A DNA stretch of 63,646 nt, counting the filler, from Chiloscyllium plagiosum (lineage: Eukaryota), in assembly GCF_004010195.1 (NCBI RefSeq). It is 9 parts of 9 records of this genome, joined end to end, with 100 filler letters (N's around TTAATTAATTAA, not from the genome) between each part and the next. Parts side by side here need not be neighbours in the genome. Positions count along the whole stretch, not along the records: positions 23,617 to 36,139 come from NC_057718.1; positions 36,240 to 45,103 come from NC_057740.1; 7 more parts are not named here. One strand, written 5' to 3'. The position numbers and the translations under genes were made by a program. Under the pieces are notes generated by a model. The model did not search any database. It saw only the letters and a program-made list of their open reading frames with translations, and was not told where the DNA came from. Shown here in pieces: positions 25,241 to 37,855 of this stretch. Position 1 is the stretch's first letter; the number at the start of each line of letters is the position of its first letter.

Positions 25241-26559
25241 CATGGACAGAACATTTTGAAATGTAAATATGATCCAGCAGTGTCAGGATGGTGTAATGAA
25301 GGATAAATAATGCTGGACAGATTTAATGGAATTCTTTGATGAGGTAAGAATCAGGTTAGATAAAGGGGTGCAGGTGATGTAACGTATTTAAAATTGCAAA
25401 ACACTTTTGATGAGGTACCACACGTTAATAGAATAGAATAGCTTTGACTGTCACACACACTCAATAGAGTGCAGTGACAAGTTTGTAATGCTGCCTCTCA
25501 GCGCCATCTTAGGTACTCATTACCCAGGTACACATACTTTAAGTGTTATCACAGAGTAACATCAATGTAGGTTAGCATGGTAAGAGAGTTTAAAAAGTAC
25601 AAACTGATAAGAAAAAGTAACTATGAAGTACTTGCGTCCTGCTCCTTTTCCAACATGAGTCCCTGCCCGCCAGCTGCCTCCACACGCTGGCCTCCATCTA
25701 GGACTCACTCTGCTGCCAGTCTGGCTTCAGCCCCTGTCTTACTCTGCTGCCACATTGGACAAATGGCTATAATGCTATTTAATAAAATGAGAGTCCTTGG
25801 CATGGGAGGTAGTATAGATTGAGGATTGGCAAACTAAACAATGATAGACAGTTGGGATAAAGGGGGCATTTTCAAGGTAACAACCTGCAATATGTGAAGT
25901 GCTCCAGGGCTCTGTGCTGGGCCACAATTTTTGACAATCGATAATAATGACTAGATGAGGAAAGTGAATCAACTGCAGCAAAGTTTGCGGATGGCACAAA
26001 AATAAATGGGAAGGCAAGTGGTGAGAATAACACAAAGAGTCTGCACCAGGCCAGGACAGTGGATGTTCTTGAGAGTAGGACAGTGGATGGTGTCGACATC
26101 GATATAACTAAATCGTTTGACATGGCCCCTCGTGGTCGGCTGGTCCAGATGATAAAATCACATTGGATCCATGGTCAGTTGGGCAGTTGAATACAAAATT
26201 GGCTTGGTCATAGAAGACAGAGGGGAGCTGAGGAGGGGTGTTTTCCTTTGTTTTAATATATATATAAATGATATGAAAATATAGGTGGACTCATTGGTAA
26301 ATTTACAGATGATATGACAATGTGTGGAGTTGTATATAGTGAGGAATGTTGCCAAAGGATGTAGTAGAATGTGGGTCAGTTGGAAATATCAGCAGAGAAA
26401 TGGCAGATAGAGTTTAATCTGGAAAGTGTGAGGTGATGCATCTTGGGAGGTCAAATACAATTGGAAAGGATAAAGTAAATGGTTGGAGCATTGGTACACA
26501 GAGCAATTTTGTGGTATACGTCCATAGCTTGCTGTGAAGAGAAACATTCTGGTTCCCGT

Positions 26560-27740
26560 GAAACTTCCTCAAGCCTGATGGTAGTGTGTTTTTATGCACT
26601 AGGTAGGGTGGGGGAATGAAGTAAGGAGTAGTTAATAGGTGAGGACAGAGCCCCAACAGGGAGAAAAACAGTTCCACAGACATTGAGTGGGCAATGAACT
26701 GGCTGGGTGGATGACTAGCTGTTAATAGAGCCTGTTAGTGACCAACAATAGGTAGTGTGTAATGACAGACTATCTGATAACACAGTCTGGTTTGTGTAGT
26801 ATTGGACTAGGGCATGGGCGAGTTCAAGCCGGAAAAAAATTGAATTCAAAATTAAGCCCAGAGGGCTGTAGGGTCCCCAAGTGGAAAATGGGTGTTGGTC
26901 TTCCAGCCTGTGCTGAGCTTCACTGTCGTACTGCAGCAAGCCTGAGATAGATTTTGTCCAGGGAACACAGTGGTGTATTAAAGTCATGGGAAACTGAAAG
27001 CTCAGGGACTCTCTTGTGGGAAAAACGTGGATGTTCTGTGAAGGGGTCACCCAGTTTACGCTTTATTTCCCCAGTGTAGAAGGGAACACATTGTAAGCAG
27101 CGAGTGCAGTAGACTAGATTGTGGAATGTGCAGGTAAAGTGCTGCTTCACCTGGAAGGTATGTTTGGGCCCTTGGATACTGAGGAGAGAGAAGGTAAAAT
27201 GGCACGTTTTACACCTTTGGTGGTTGCAAGGGAAGATACCTGGGGATGTGAGGGTGTTGGGAGTGAAAGAAGAGTGGGCCTGGGTGTCCTTAGGAAACAG
27301 TCCCCATGTAAGGTGGAAAAGGAAGGGGAGGGGAATCTGTGTCTGGTGGTGGCATCTCATTGGAGGTGGTGGAAATGGTAACTGACCTTCTGGATGTGGA
27401 TGCTGGTGGGACGGTAGGTAAAGACGGGGGAAACCCTATCGCTGTTGTAGGAGGAAAGAGAAGGAGTGAGGACGTAAGTGCAGGAGATAAGCTAAACCCA
27501 GTTGAGGACCCTGTCAACAACGGTGCTGGGGCATCCTCGGATGAGGAGGAAAGTGGAGATTTCAGAGACTCCCTTGTCAAAGTTGGCCTCATTGGAACAT
27601 AATCAATGGAGTGGGAGAGTGGAATGGAGTCTTTGCAGGAAACAGAGTGAAAGGAAGTATAGTGGGTTAGCTGCAGGAGTCAGTGGGTTCATTGTGGAGA
27701 TTTGTGGCCAGACTGTCCCGAAAAGTGGAATCAGATGTCA
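26560..27740 (-). mobile_element. Penelope-like element remnant (GIY-YIG endonuclease region)
   Basis: PGIFPCNHQRCKTC...HFTCTFHNLVYCTRCLQCVPFYTGEIKRKLGDPFTEH is the Cys-rich linker plus GIY-YIG motif of PLEs; a related piece lies at about 51630-52280. Confidence 0.75.
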
Positions 27741-27819
27741 AGGAAGGAAAGAAGTCAGAGACAGACCTGAGCTGTACTGTTCCATGTTTTGCATTCTGTT
27801 CTGTGATCTATGCCCCCAC

Positions 27820-28055
27820 TGTCGTGTTTGGATTGAGGTCAGCCAGGTGGATCTCAGAGAATATGAATTCTCAGATTGGGGCTATTATTCTGGTTCAATC
27901 AGGGAGCACTGGCTGACAGATAGAAATAAGAATATCAAAGTTTCTTTTCACTCTAAGAGCTGGCTCTGAGGGAGCTCGATCAGTGTCAAGGACTTCCCAC
28001 ATGTAAATAAAGGATAACTTGGTGATGGTATCCTGGCATCTGTGGAGTCATTTCA
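27820..28055 (+). mobile_element. Solo LTR (same family as 39299-39524)
   Basis: TG...CA ends; internal tcagccaggtg...gagctggctctgagggagc...gtaaataaagg; flanks cccac/ccccc. Confidence 0.7.
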
Positions 28056-28976
28056 CCCCCTCCATGTCCCCCCTCCAAAAAAAACTGTAATCAAACTGAA
28101 AGTCTGTGTACTCTGCATGCCCTCTGGTCCCAGTGAACCATCCTCCATTATCACAGATGGAAACTTTCTTTATCAAAGTCACTAATGAATCATATTGAAA
28201 CAACTGCTCCTTACCCAAACTCAATGAACAATCAGAAAATGGATCCAAATAGCCAATTCATTGTAAGAGGGAAATGTGAGCAAGGAGCCCCTTACATCAA
28301 CAATGCTCCTTCCCAGACCAATTAGCAGCATCACACAGAGTCCTGATCTCGGTGTGACTGTGCATCTCACTGTTTCTCCCTCCACTTACTCTCTCAGCTC
28401 TCCAATCCTTTGAGAAACATTGAGTCCACTTTCTGTTGGAAAGTCTCAGGCACATATTGCAGCTTCCTGGCACTGCTATCTCAGGGTGCCTCTCTGACTG
28501 CTCACATCATCAGCTTCCTCCCAGCACCAGTGGTCTCTCCTCCAGACTCTGATCATCTCTGTGCTGTCCCCAGGGCACCAGTCGCGAACACCTCGCCATC
28601 ATCATTTCGCCCTCAGAAACCTAGTCAACATTTCCATCTCCCCCATCACTTCACTGTCTTTCCACCTCCTTCAATCATCCCAAGGTTGTATCCACTCTCT
28701 CCAAATGTATGTCCAACATGACGACACAGTGAAGATAAAACAGTCTCTTCAGCTCAGTAAACAGCCACATTATACTAACCCCCAAAGATACCCCCGAGTC
28801 TAAACCCAGAGAGGGCAACTTTGGGTAATGACCGAACGTGAGCTCAGTTTCCTCTCCACATCCCTGAGATCACTCTCCACCACCTCCTCAATCTTCTTGA
28901 TTATCAACTGATCTCCAAACCATCCACTGGGCACAAGGTTATTACTGGAAGAGATATTGATGTAAACTCTACTCAC

Positions 28977-29321
28977 CATTTACAATGAGCTGGCTGCCTC
29001 TCCCAACAATCCAGCCTCACACTTTACAGTAATAGACCCAAACGTCACTGGGCTGGATGTTTACGATGGTCAGAATGAAGCTGTTACGAGAGTTGTCTCT
29101 GGAACGCTGGAATCGCTCTGAGAATCCTGGGCTCCATTGTGTGATGTTCTTCACGTTATACATTAAAATCCACTCCGTGTCATTTCCTGGTCTGCCCCAG
29201 TGCCAGTGAACATCAGTGTGTGTCACTGCAGCATTCCTCAGGGTATACTGTAACCGGGCAGTGTGACCATCGGTGACACATTCCAGAAGTGGAGACTGGA
29301 GAAGGACTGGAGGATTTGCAC
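28977..29321 (-). pseudogene. Single-exon VJ-type V-domain pseudo-exon, no RSS (copy 2)
   Basis: ANPPVLLQSPLLECVTDGHTARLQYTLRNAAVTHTDVHW...EWILMYNVKNITQWSPGFSERFQRSRDNSRNSFILTIVNIQPSDVWVYYCKV*GWIVGRGSQLIVN G|gtgagt. The B-strand Cys is Tyr, there is an in-frame TGA, and no AG at the expected acceptor. Confidence 0.85.
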
Positions 29322-29699
29322 ATTTAGGGGATGAATACCAAGAATTTCAGAATCAACTCTCCAGGTTACAATGTGCTGCCAGTTGTTCAAACAGGCAGTT
29401 CAGGGGGAACAAGTACAGCATTAAATCGGGAACTGGTTTAAGATTGAACCAATGGAGTTGGTGCAAAGTAATTAAATAATTGACACATTTTCATGTTAAA
29501 TAACTATTAGTTCTCATTACTATGAGTATTAATGCTAGAATATACTTTGAAGAGAAATAGCAGGGTCAGAGTGTAGAGTGACGTTTCCTGAATAAAGACA
29601 GCTCCTGATTATAGCTCCTAGCCTCAGGCTCTCCCCACTCCCTGTCCCCACCAGACGTTCTATGCTCCTCACGTGTCCCATTCCCTTCTCCCTGATTCC

Positions 29700-32270
29700 A
29701 GCTCATCTGGTGGGATACTGAGGCATTATGGTTCGAGCGCAAAAGTAAGATGGATGCAATTACTCTGATAAAATTATACTATAGCTATCTCCCACCCTAC
29801 AGTCACAGAGACATTAAGGAACAATATTAAGGCAGATTATGGAAAGATGCAATAAAAACAGAATTCTCATAGTGGGTGACTTTAACTTCCCCAATATTGA
29901 CTGGGACTCCCTCAGAGCAAAAGGCTTAGATGGGGCATAGTGTGTTAAGTGCATCCAAGATGGTTTATTGAAACAGTTAGTGGATTGTCCAACTGGAGGA
30001 ATGGTCATACTGGACCTTGTATTAGCGAATGAGCCTGGCCAAGTGACTGACCCTTCAGTGGGAGAGCATTATAGAAACAGTGATCACAACCCTCTTAATT
30101 TTAAGATAGCTAAAAGCAAAGGTAAGTCAGGACCTTGCAGGAAGGTACTAAATTGGGAAAAGGCAAATTATGTCGGTATTAGGTAGGAGCCAGGGAGTTT
30201 TAATTGGGAGGAGCTGTTATGTGGCAAGGCCACGATTGACATGTGGAAATCGTTTAAAGAACTGCTGCTGAGAGTTCAGGACTGGCAGGTTCCAGGAAGG
30301 AGGAAGGACAAGGGTGGTAAGGTAAGGGATAACAAGGGAGGTTCGGAATTGAATCAAAAGGGGAAAAAAAGCATATATAAGGTTTAGGAAGCTAAACATG
30401 GACAGGCACATGACAAATAGAAGGAAACCAAGAAACTAATCAAACAGGAATTCGGAGAGCAATGAGAGGCCATGAAATGACTTTGGCAAATAGGGTTAAA
30501 GAGAATCACAAGGCATTCTAAAAATACACCAAAAACAAGAGGATAACTTTGGACAAAGTAGAGCTGCTGAAAGTTAAAAAAAGAAATTGTATTTGGGAGA
30601 GAGGATGTGGGTGAGATCCTGAATGAATACTTTGCATCCATATTCACCCAGGAGAGGGATATGGAGGATAGAGAAATAAATGTGAAACGTAGTAATATGC
30701 TCAGGAATTTTGAGACCAAGTAAGAAGTGGTGTTGGATCTCTTGAAGAGCATTAAGGTGGATAAGTCTCCAGGGTCCAATGGTATCTAACCCAGGCTCTT
30801 GAGAGAGGCAAAACAGGAGATTGCTGGGCCAGTGATCAAGATATTTATATCCTCGCTAGCCACAGGAGTGGTCCCACAAGACTGATGCGTAGCTAATGTT
30901 GTTCCTCTTTTCAAGAAGGGTAACAGATAATTCAGGAAAGTATAGATCAGTGAGTCTCATATTGGTAGTTGGGAAATTATTGGAGAGGATTCTTTGGGAT
31001 AGGAATTATGCACATTTGGAAAGCATGTCAGCATGGCTTTGTGCAGGACAGGTCTTGTATTATGAACTTGACTGAATTTTTCAGGAATTGATGAAAGTGA
31101 TCAATGACGGTAGAACAGTGGATATTGTTTACATAGATTTTAGTAAGGTTTTTGCCAACATCCCTCATGGTAAAATTCATGCAATCCATGGTGATTTGGC
31201 CGTGTGGATTCAGAACTGGCTTGCCCACAGAAGGCAGAGAGTAGAGATGGAAGGGTGTTTTTCTGGCAGGAGATCTGTGACTAGTGGTGTTCTGCAGAAA
31301 TCCATATTGGAACCATTGATGCTTGCAATATTTATAAATGATGTGAATGAAAATGTAGTTGGGTGGTTTAGTAATTTTGCAGGTGACACAAAGATTAGTG
31401 GAGTTGTGGACAATGTAGAAGGTTGTCAAAGGATAGAGTAGGTTAGAGATCAGTTTCAGGTATGGATGGAAAAATGGCAGATGGAGTTTCATCTGGGTAA
31501 GTGTGAGGTCCTGCACTTTGTGCGACCAAATGTTAAGGAGAAGAATACAATTAATTGGAGGACAGAATGGGATGAATGTACGGAATGATCTTGCGGTTCA
31601 AGTTCATAGCTCCCTGAAAGTGGCCACACAAGTATCTAGGATGGAAAAGAAGGCCTTTATTGGTCAGGAATTGAGTGCAAGAATCATGTCACATTGCAGC
31701 TTTATACAACTTTGGCTTGGTCACACAGATTACTGTATTAAATTTTGGTTGCTATGTAATAGGAAGGATGTGGAGACTTTGGAGAGGGTGCAGAACAGTT
31801 TACATGATGCTGCCTAGATTAGAGAGTATAAGCTATAAGGAGAAGCTAGAAAAACTCAGATTGTTTTCACTTGAGTGGTGAAGGCTGAGGGGAGACGTGA
31901 TAAAAATCTATAAAATTATGAGATGCATAGATAGGGTTGACACACAGAATATTTTTCCCAGAGTTGAAATGTGTAATATGAGGGGACATGTAGCTAAAGT
32001 GAGAGGGAGAAAGTTCAAAGGAGATGTGAGAGGAACGTTTTTTACACAGATAGCTGTAGAGTCTGGAACCCACTCCAGAGATGGTGGTTGAGGCAGTCAC
32101 AATAAGGGCATTTAAGGGACTTTTAGATAAGCACATGAATGTGCAAGGTATGGATGGATATGAACCATGGGCAGGCAGAAGGGAATAGTTTCATTTGGTG
32201 TCACATACAGCACAACATTGTGGGCTGAAGGGTCCGTTCCTGTGTTGTACTGTTCAATGTTTTATGGTCG
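29700..32270 (+). mobile_element. Degenerate CR1 LINE ORF2 plus 3'UTR
   Basis: GDFNFPNIDW, ILDLVLANEPGQV, YIDFSKVF, FAGDTKISG peptides. Confidence 0.85.
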
Positions 32271-32654
32271 ATGATCTCTGGTGACCCACTTATTGTTCAG
32301 ATATGGCAGCATCTTCTAGGAAGCTCTCTCAAAACCTTACCTAGCCTGCTCACTGCTTTCCTTGGATGAACACCTTTCCCTGAACATGATTCCTCACAAC
32401 CCTCCCACTGCCATGTACACAGTGCCCCTTAGTATTCACTGGGACTGGGGATCTCCTAATTACTCACTGACTCTGTATCACCCTGAATCAGGGAGCTGCT
32501 CAGAGAGCTAGAACCCAACTTGTTAGACCACACATTTTGCACCAGTTCCCAAAGCTCCTGTCTCACCCAAACCCACCATCCCCCTCAAGCCCAGGATATA
32601 TTGGCTCTCATGATGGGCAGAACAGAGGATCTCCCAGTTTATCTGACCTTAGAC

Positions 32655-32845
32655 CTGGAAAAGCACAGCGGGTCAGGCAGCATCTGAGGAGCAGGAAAAT
32701 CAACATTTCGGGCAAAAGCCCTTAATCAGGAATGGAAAGGATGTTTCAGGCAAAAGCCCTCTATTCCTGATTAAGGGCTTTTGCCTGAAATGTCGATTTT
32801 TCTGCTCCTCAGATGCTGTCTGACCTGCTGTGCTTTTCCAGCACC
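32655..32845. mobile_element. Penelope-derived palindromic element (related copies at about 20600-20670 and 56700-56890)
   Basis: ctggaaaagcacagc...aaaagcccttaatcaggaat and its reverse complement. Confidence 0.65.
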
Positions 32846-33753
32846 ACTCTGATCTAAAGTCTGGTTTCCAGAATTTGCAGTCCTCAGTTTTGCCTAGTTG
32901 ATCTTGGACCTGGACAAGGCAGCCATTGATAGGTGCAGGCAGTGGCCAGTGGAGGTTATCCAAGCTGTGTCTACTGTGTGGTTATGGCCATTCCATGGAG
33001 AATGCATGTCCATTGTTTTGCTTTTGAGCTGCTATATCTGGAGAGTACTACAGGGGTTGGACAGTGTCTTCAGCTCCAGCAATAGGATCTGACAGTCACT
33101 CCAAGAAATATCATTATGTTCCAACAAGTCCAATCCCAGACTGAAACCTGGACTGAGTTTTATTTTGCATAAAATGTGCTGATCTATCACTGAGAAACAA
33201 ACACACAATGCTGCAGATTTGGTTTCAACAATGAAACAGAAATTCTCAGCTTCAAATAAACCTTCTAAGAGGCCAAATAATTAGTTCGGGTTTGGAATTA
33301 TTAAAATTAAACTACTCATACTGAGGTCGCCTTTTCCTTAATAGTCTGAAACTATCAACTTTCACAGGGGAAACTGGTTTATACATCTAACTCCCACCAG
33401 GACCCTGTGAATTGAAACTATAAGGCTTTCCAAGCAATACATCTTTCTTCCAAACAAAAAAACAATCTAATTCCATTGACTGGAATGATTTCAACATTTA
33501 CTTTGTCAACTCATAAAATCTCTTTGAATGCAAACACATTTGCACTCCAAAAAACTGTCAGATTAGGACATCTGTTCTGGGTGGACCAAAGGATCTGTTT
33601 CCATGGTGAGTGAGTCAATGACTCTAGGACTCTCGAACTCCAGAAATATTCCATTTTAAACTTTAAATCCCCACACACACACAAACCAAAAATTACATGC
33701 TCCTCATTCAAAATCTAAATTCCAAAATAAATCATATTAAAATCATACAGAAA

Positions 33754-34017
33754 CCACAGACTCACATCACAATGTTTAGACTCTAATGGGGGAAGTGCTG
33801 TAGTAATCAAGCCCCAATTAACGACAAGTCATAGTAAATGCGTTACTGAATCAACAATACAGCCAATTTGTTGCTGTTCTGTTGTCCACAGACTCACATC
33901 ACGGTGTTTAGACTCTAATGGGGGAAGTGCTGTAGTAATCAAGCCCCAATTAACGACAAGTCATAGTAAATGTATTACTGAATCAACAATACAGCCAATT
34001 TGTTGCTGTTCTGTTGT
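33754..34017. repeat. 132-bp tandem duplication (few mismatches)
   Basis: ccacagactcacatcac... at 33754 and 33886. Confidence 0.9.
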
Positions 34018-34870
34018 CTGATTTAAAGTTTAAAAAAAACTGCAGGCTCATTAAAGACTTGAAAAATATCTTACTTATTATCAGCGAGACTGATTCTTCA
34101 AACAGGTAGAAATTGTGGTTAGCAACTACATTTCTACTTGAGATTAAACCTTTAATCTCAGACATTCATTCATTCACAGACAAGGCAACACAGCTCTGCA
34201 GAAATAATTTGGGATATTGTTAAAAAAATGCCTGAAAGAAAGACCATCCCAGTGGGGCAAGGAAATCCTATCAGAAGGTAGAATGTGTTAAATTCTCAGA
34301 GTTCCTACAAATTCTTGTCAATGAGGCTGATTCCAGAAAGTGAAACATTGATGGGAGATCTTCTGACCATAATTCAGAATCCAATGGGTAATTGTTCCAA
34401 ATCCTCACATTGGAAACTTCAACTTTGCAAAGAGTTCATGCAGAGATTTTATCAGCATTTCCCTTGTCTTTTACTGACCAAGAGGCAGAAATTGTGCAGC
34501 TGGTCCTGCTGGAAGATTTATTTTCTTTTTATCAAAAGAGAGGGATTATTTTTGCTGCTTTTTCATCAGCTTGACAATTTTGCTTCAGCTGCTCTCCTTA
34601 AATATCAAAAGAGTTCCACATTCCAGCTTCTCATAGTTCATGCACTTTACTGTCATCCTAATATGGGTTTCTGTTCAGTGTTTTCTTTTTGCAACAGAAC
34701 TTGAAAGGGTGGCTCTGATGTTATCTTTCATATTTCATGACATTTCTTTGAAAAAAAAAGTATACATCCAGCTCTGACTGCTCCTGCATACCTGTTAGAA
34801 TTGCACTTTTATATAAAATTGTTTCCACTGCCCTTATTTCTCCATCCAATCTGAGTATCCTCACATTAGT

Positions 34871-35186
34871 GGGCGGCACGGTGGCACAGTGGTTAGCACT
34901 GCTGCCTCGCAGCGCCAGAGACCCGGGTTCAATTCCCGCCTCAGGCGACTGACTGTGTGGAGTTTGCACGTTCTCCCCGTGTCTGCGTGGGTTTCCTCCG
35001 GGTGCTCCGGTTTCCTCCCACACTCCAAAGATGTGCAAGTCAGGTGAATTGGCCATGCTAAATTGCCCGTAGTGTTAGGTAAAGGGGTAAATGTAGGGGT
35101 ATGGGTGGGTTACGCTTCGGCGGGTCGGTGTGGACTTGTTGGGCCGAAGGGCCTGTTTCCACACTGTAAGTAATCTAATCTAATCT
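34871..35186 (+). mobile_element. Full-length tRNA-derived shark SINE (HE1/V-SINE-like); other copies at about 47484-47795 (+), 59225-59565 (-), 15225-15525 (-), 44710-44865 (-)
   Basis: A box tggcacagtgg, B box ggttcaattcc, central gtgtggagtttgcacgttctcccc core, CR1-like 3' end with (taatc)n tail. Confidence 0.85.
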
Positions 35187-36972
35187 CTCTGCATTACATC
35201 TGATCTGCTATTGGCTGCTCACTCCCCGACAATGGGACAAGTAGTAGAGAAAGCCCCAGGAACAACCTGAGCCAGGATGGGGTCTGAAGCCAGACTCGCA
35301 GCAACAATCAACACGAAGCTCCAGCTAATTGTGTTGGGAACTCCCAGAATATTTTGATCACACTTCCCTAGTCAGGTGCCATGGATCGATGGAGTGTGAT
35401 GTAGAATAATAACAACATCTCAGCTGCAATCCCAATCTCAGCTGTGGGAGCTCAAGAAGAGCAAACCCCTCCCTTAGCCCCATGCTCGATGTGGAGTGGT
35501 TCCCTTTAACCTGGATCAAACCAATTGTCTCTGGAATGGAGAGAGATGTGTGTACCCCATTGTGCTCTCTGGTTCATTCCCAATCACTAGGAGATTCCCC
35601 TGCAGATGTAGCACCTCCCTGACTCTGCTCACCCAGCCCGATCGCACTGACACTCTTGTAATTTGAATGGAATTAATATCACTCATTTTCCAGTATAAAG
35701 CTTCACATTTCCGACAAAATCCTCCTCCCATTGTCACAAAAGTAAATGCCCTTCCTCTCCCACCATCAACATTGAACCTGAGGTCAGCTTCCTCCCCGCA
35801 GTGAATCCATCCCCAAGATCACACTCCATCACCACCTCAATCTTCTTGATCACAAACTGATCTCCAGTTCATTCACTGGGCACGAAGTTATTATTGAGTC
35901 ATAGAGATGTGCAGCATGGAAACAAACCCTTTGGTCCAACCCGTCCATGCCGACCAGATATCTCAACCCAATCTAGTCCCACCTGCCAGCACCCGGCCCA
36001 TATCCCTCCAAACCCTTACTATTCATATACCCATCCAAATGCCTCTTAAATGTTGCAATTGTACCAGCCTCCACCACTTCCTCTGACAGCTCATTCCATA
36101 CCCGTACCACCCTCTGCAAGAAAATGTTGCCCCGTAGGTNNNNNNNNNNNNNNNNNNNNNNNNNNNNNNNNNNNNNNNNNNNNTTAATTAATTAANNNNN
36201 NNNNNNNNNNNNNNNNNNNNNNNNNNNNNNNNNNNNNNNTAAAAAAGCACAGACAAAGTTATCAATAGGCTTTAAAATTGAGAGAGAGGACTAGAGCAAA
36301 GAAATACTGACTCAGGAACTAAACTAGCATTTTACTGAGTACTGCATTAGCAATGCTAGGTTTCTGAGAATGATTGCTTCTGATATTTCTGTCAACATTA
36401 ATAATGGGTTATGTGTACGCACATTGCTACTCAACTAAAAAGCAATGACAAAGCTTCAATTAATTAATTCACCATGAAATGCTTTGGGGCATTAAAAACA
36501 AAATTAAAATTAGAAAACATATCAATGAAGTTTCTTTCTTTCGATTTAACTCAGTGCAGCTAATATTGAACATTTTAAACAAAACCAACAGAACTAAATT
36601 TAACTGTTCCCAACATTGCACTTTATAAGCCTTGAAAAAAATTAGACCACATACTCAAATATGTGTCACCACCAAATACATTAACAATATATTGCAATGC
36701 TAAAAAGCTAAAAAAAGTTTGTAAAATCAAAGTACTTATGAACAAAAACATTATGATGTACAAAACTATGAACTAACACCCAATGTCAGAAACAGCACAA
36801 ACTCAGACAGGCAGCACCAAGAGTGATTGCTCTGCTTCTGCTGCTAGACTCTGGAGAAACAACCAACATTTTCACTCAGATTAAGAAATAGGCATGAGGA
36901 AATAATCAAGTTTCAATCAAGTGCCTAAATTCACACAGTTAGTATCCACAGAGGGAATTCTCAGCCACTTAC

Positions 36973-37009
36973 CTGCAACAAAGAGCTTGGTCCCTTGCCC
37001 AAACACACA
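36973..37009 (-). CDS. Sigma-type light-chain J segment 1, (C)VFGQGTKLFVA
   Basis: G|gtaagt donor. RSS23 on +: CACAGTG 37010-37016, 23 nt, ACAGTTATC 37040-37048. Confidence 0.9.
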
Positions 37010-37353
37010 CACAGTGTGATGTTCTAGGGTTCAGTCCATACAGTTATCCAGGAACCTGGAAATGGAGAGAAAACACCTTCAGATACTCCAGTGCCAGCAT
37101 TGATCATGTATTCTCAGTGCCCCAGTTGGTGTGGGACAGTAAGGAATAACCTCACAACAACATCCACACACTGACATTAAAATGTCATCAACACTCAGTA
37201 GTGGGCAATGATTCACAAAGTTACCAATTATGAAATAACGGCAATTGGAAAATAATATACCCAAGAACATCATTAAAGTAATTTATGAAGTCTTAAATAT
37301 TAGAGTATTTGATCCAGTACAATGATATTAGGAGGCCATTATTTCCTGATATC

Positions 37354-37381
37354 AGTTTTTGTGTTACCTTCTGTCACTGTG
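37354..37381 (-). promoter_or_regulatory. V-RSS12 of sigma V1
   Basis: CACAGTG, 12 nt, ACAAAAACT. Confidence 0.95.
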
Positions 37382-37708
37382 AGACAAAAGCACTGGCCGA
37401 GCTAACCCACTTTCCACAGTAATACACGGCGGCATCATTCACCTCCACGTTTTTGATGATTAACTGGTAAATGTTGTGGCCGCTGTTGGCTGTCGATGTG
37501 AAACGGTCGCTGCTAAACCCAGACCCATAGGTAGGCGCACTGTGCGAGTGATAGTAATAGAGGATCCACTGAGGAGCTGATCCTGGTGTCTGCTTGTACC
37601 AGTACACGTTATAGTTATCAACCGTTCCAATGTTACAGTCCAGTGTGGCCTTGTTTCCCGGTTTCACAGTCAGGTGTGAAGGCTGAGTCAGAGTCTGACA
37701 CTGTCCAT
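37382..37708 (-). CDS. Sigma-type light-chain V exon 1, open
   Basis: QTLTQPSHLTVKPGNKATLDCNIGTVDNYNVYWYKQTPGSAPQWILYYYHSHSAPTYGSGFSSDRFTST...YYCGKWVSSASAFV; the long CDR2 with YGSGFSS is typical of the sigma isotype. Confidence 0.88.
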
Positions 37709-37806
37709 CTGTAAAAGAGCAAGGATTAAACATCAGAAATGGACCCTTGTAAAGGGGACTGTAAAACCCCGACCTGCTGCTGTGGGAGGAGCAGTGTTTT
37801 ACTTAC

Positions 37807-37855
37807 AGCCCAGCCACACTGCCAGGGAACAGAGAAAGCACAAGATCCACATCAT
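37807..37855 (-). CDS. Sigma V1 leader exon MMWILCFLCSLAVWLG
   Basis: T|gtaagt donor; octamer variant ATTTGCAC (-) at 37967-37974. Confidence 0.88.
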
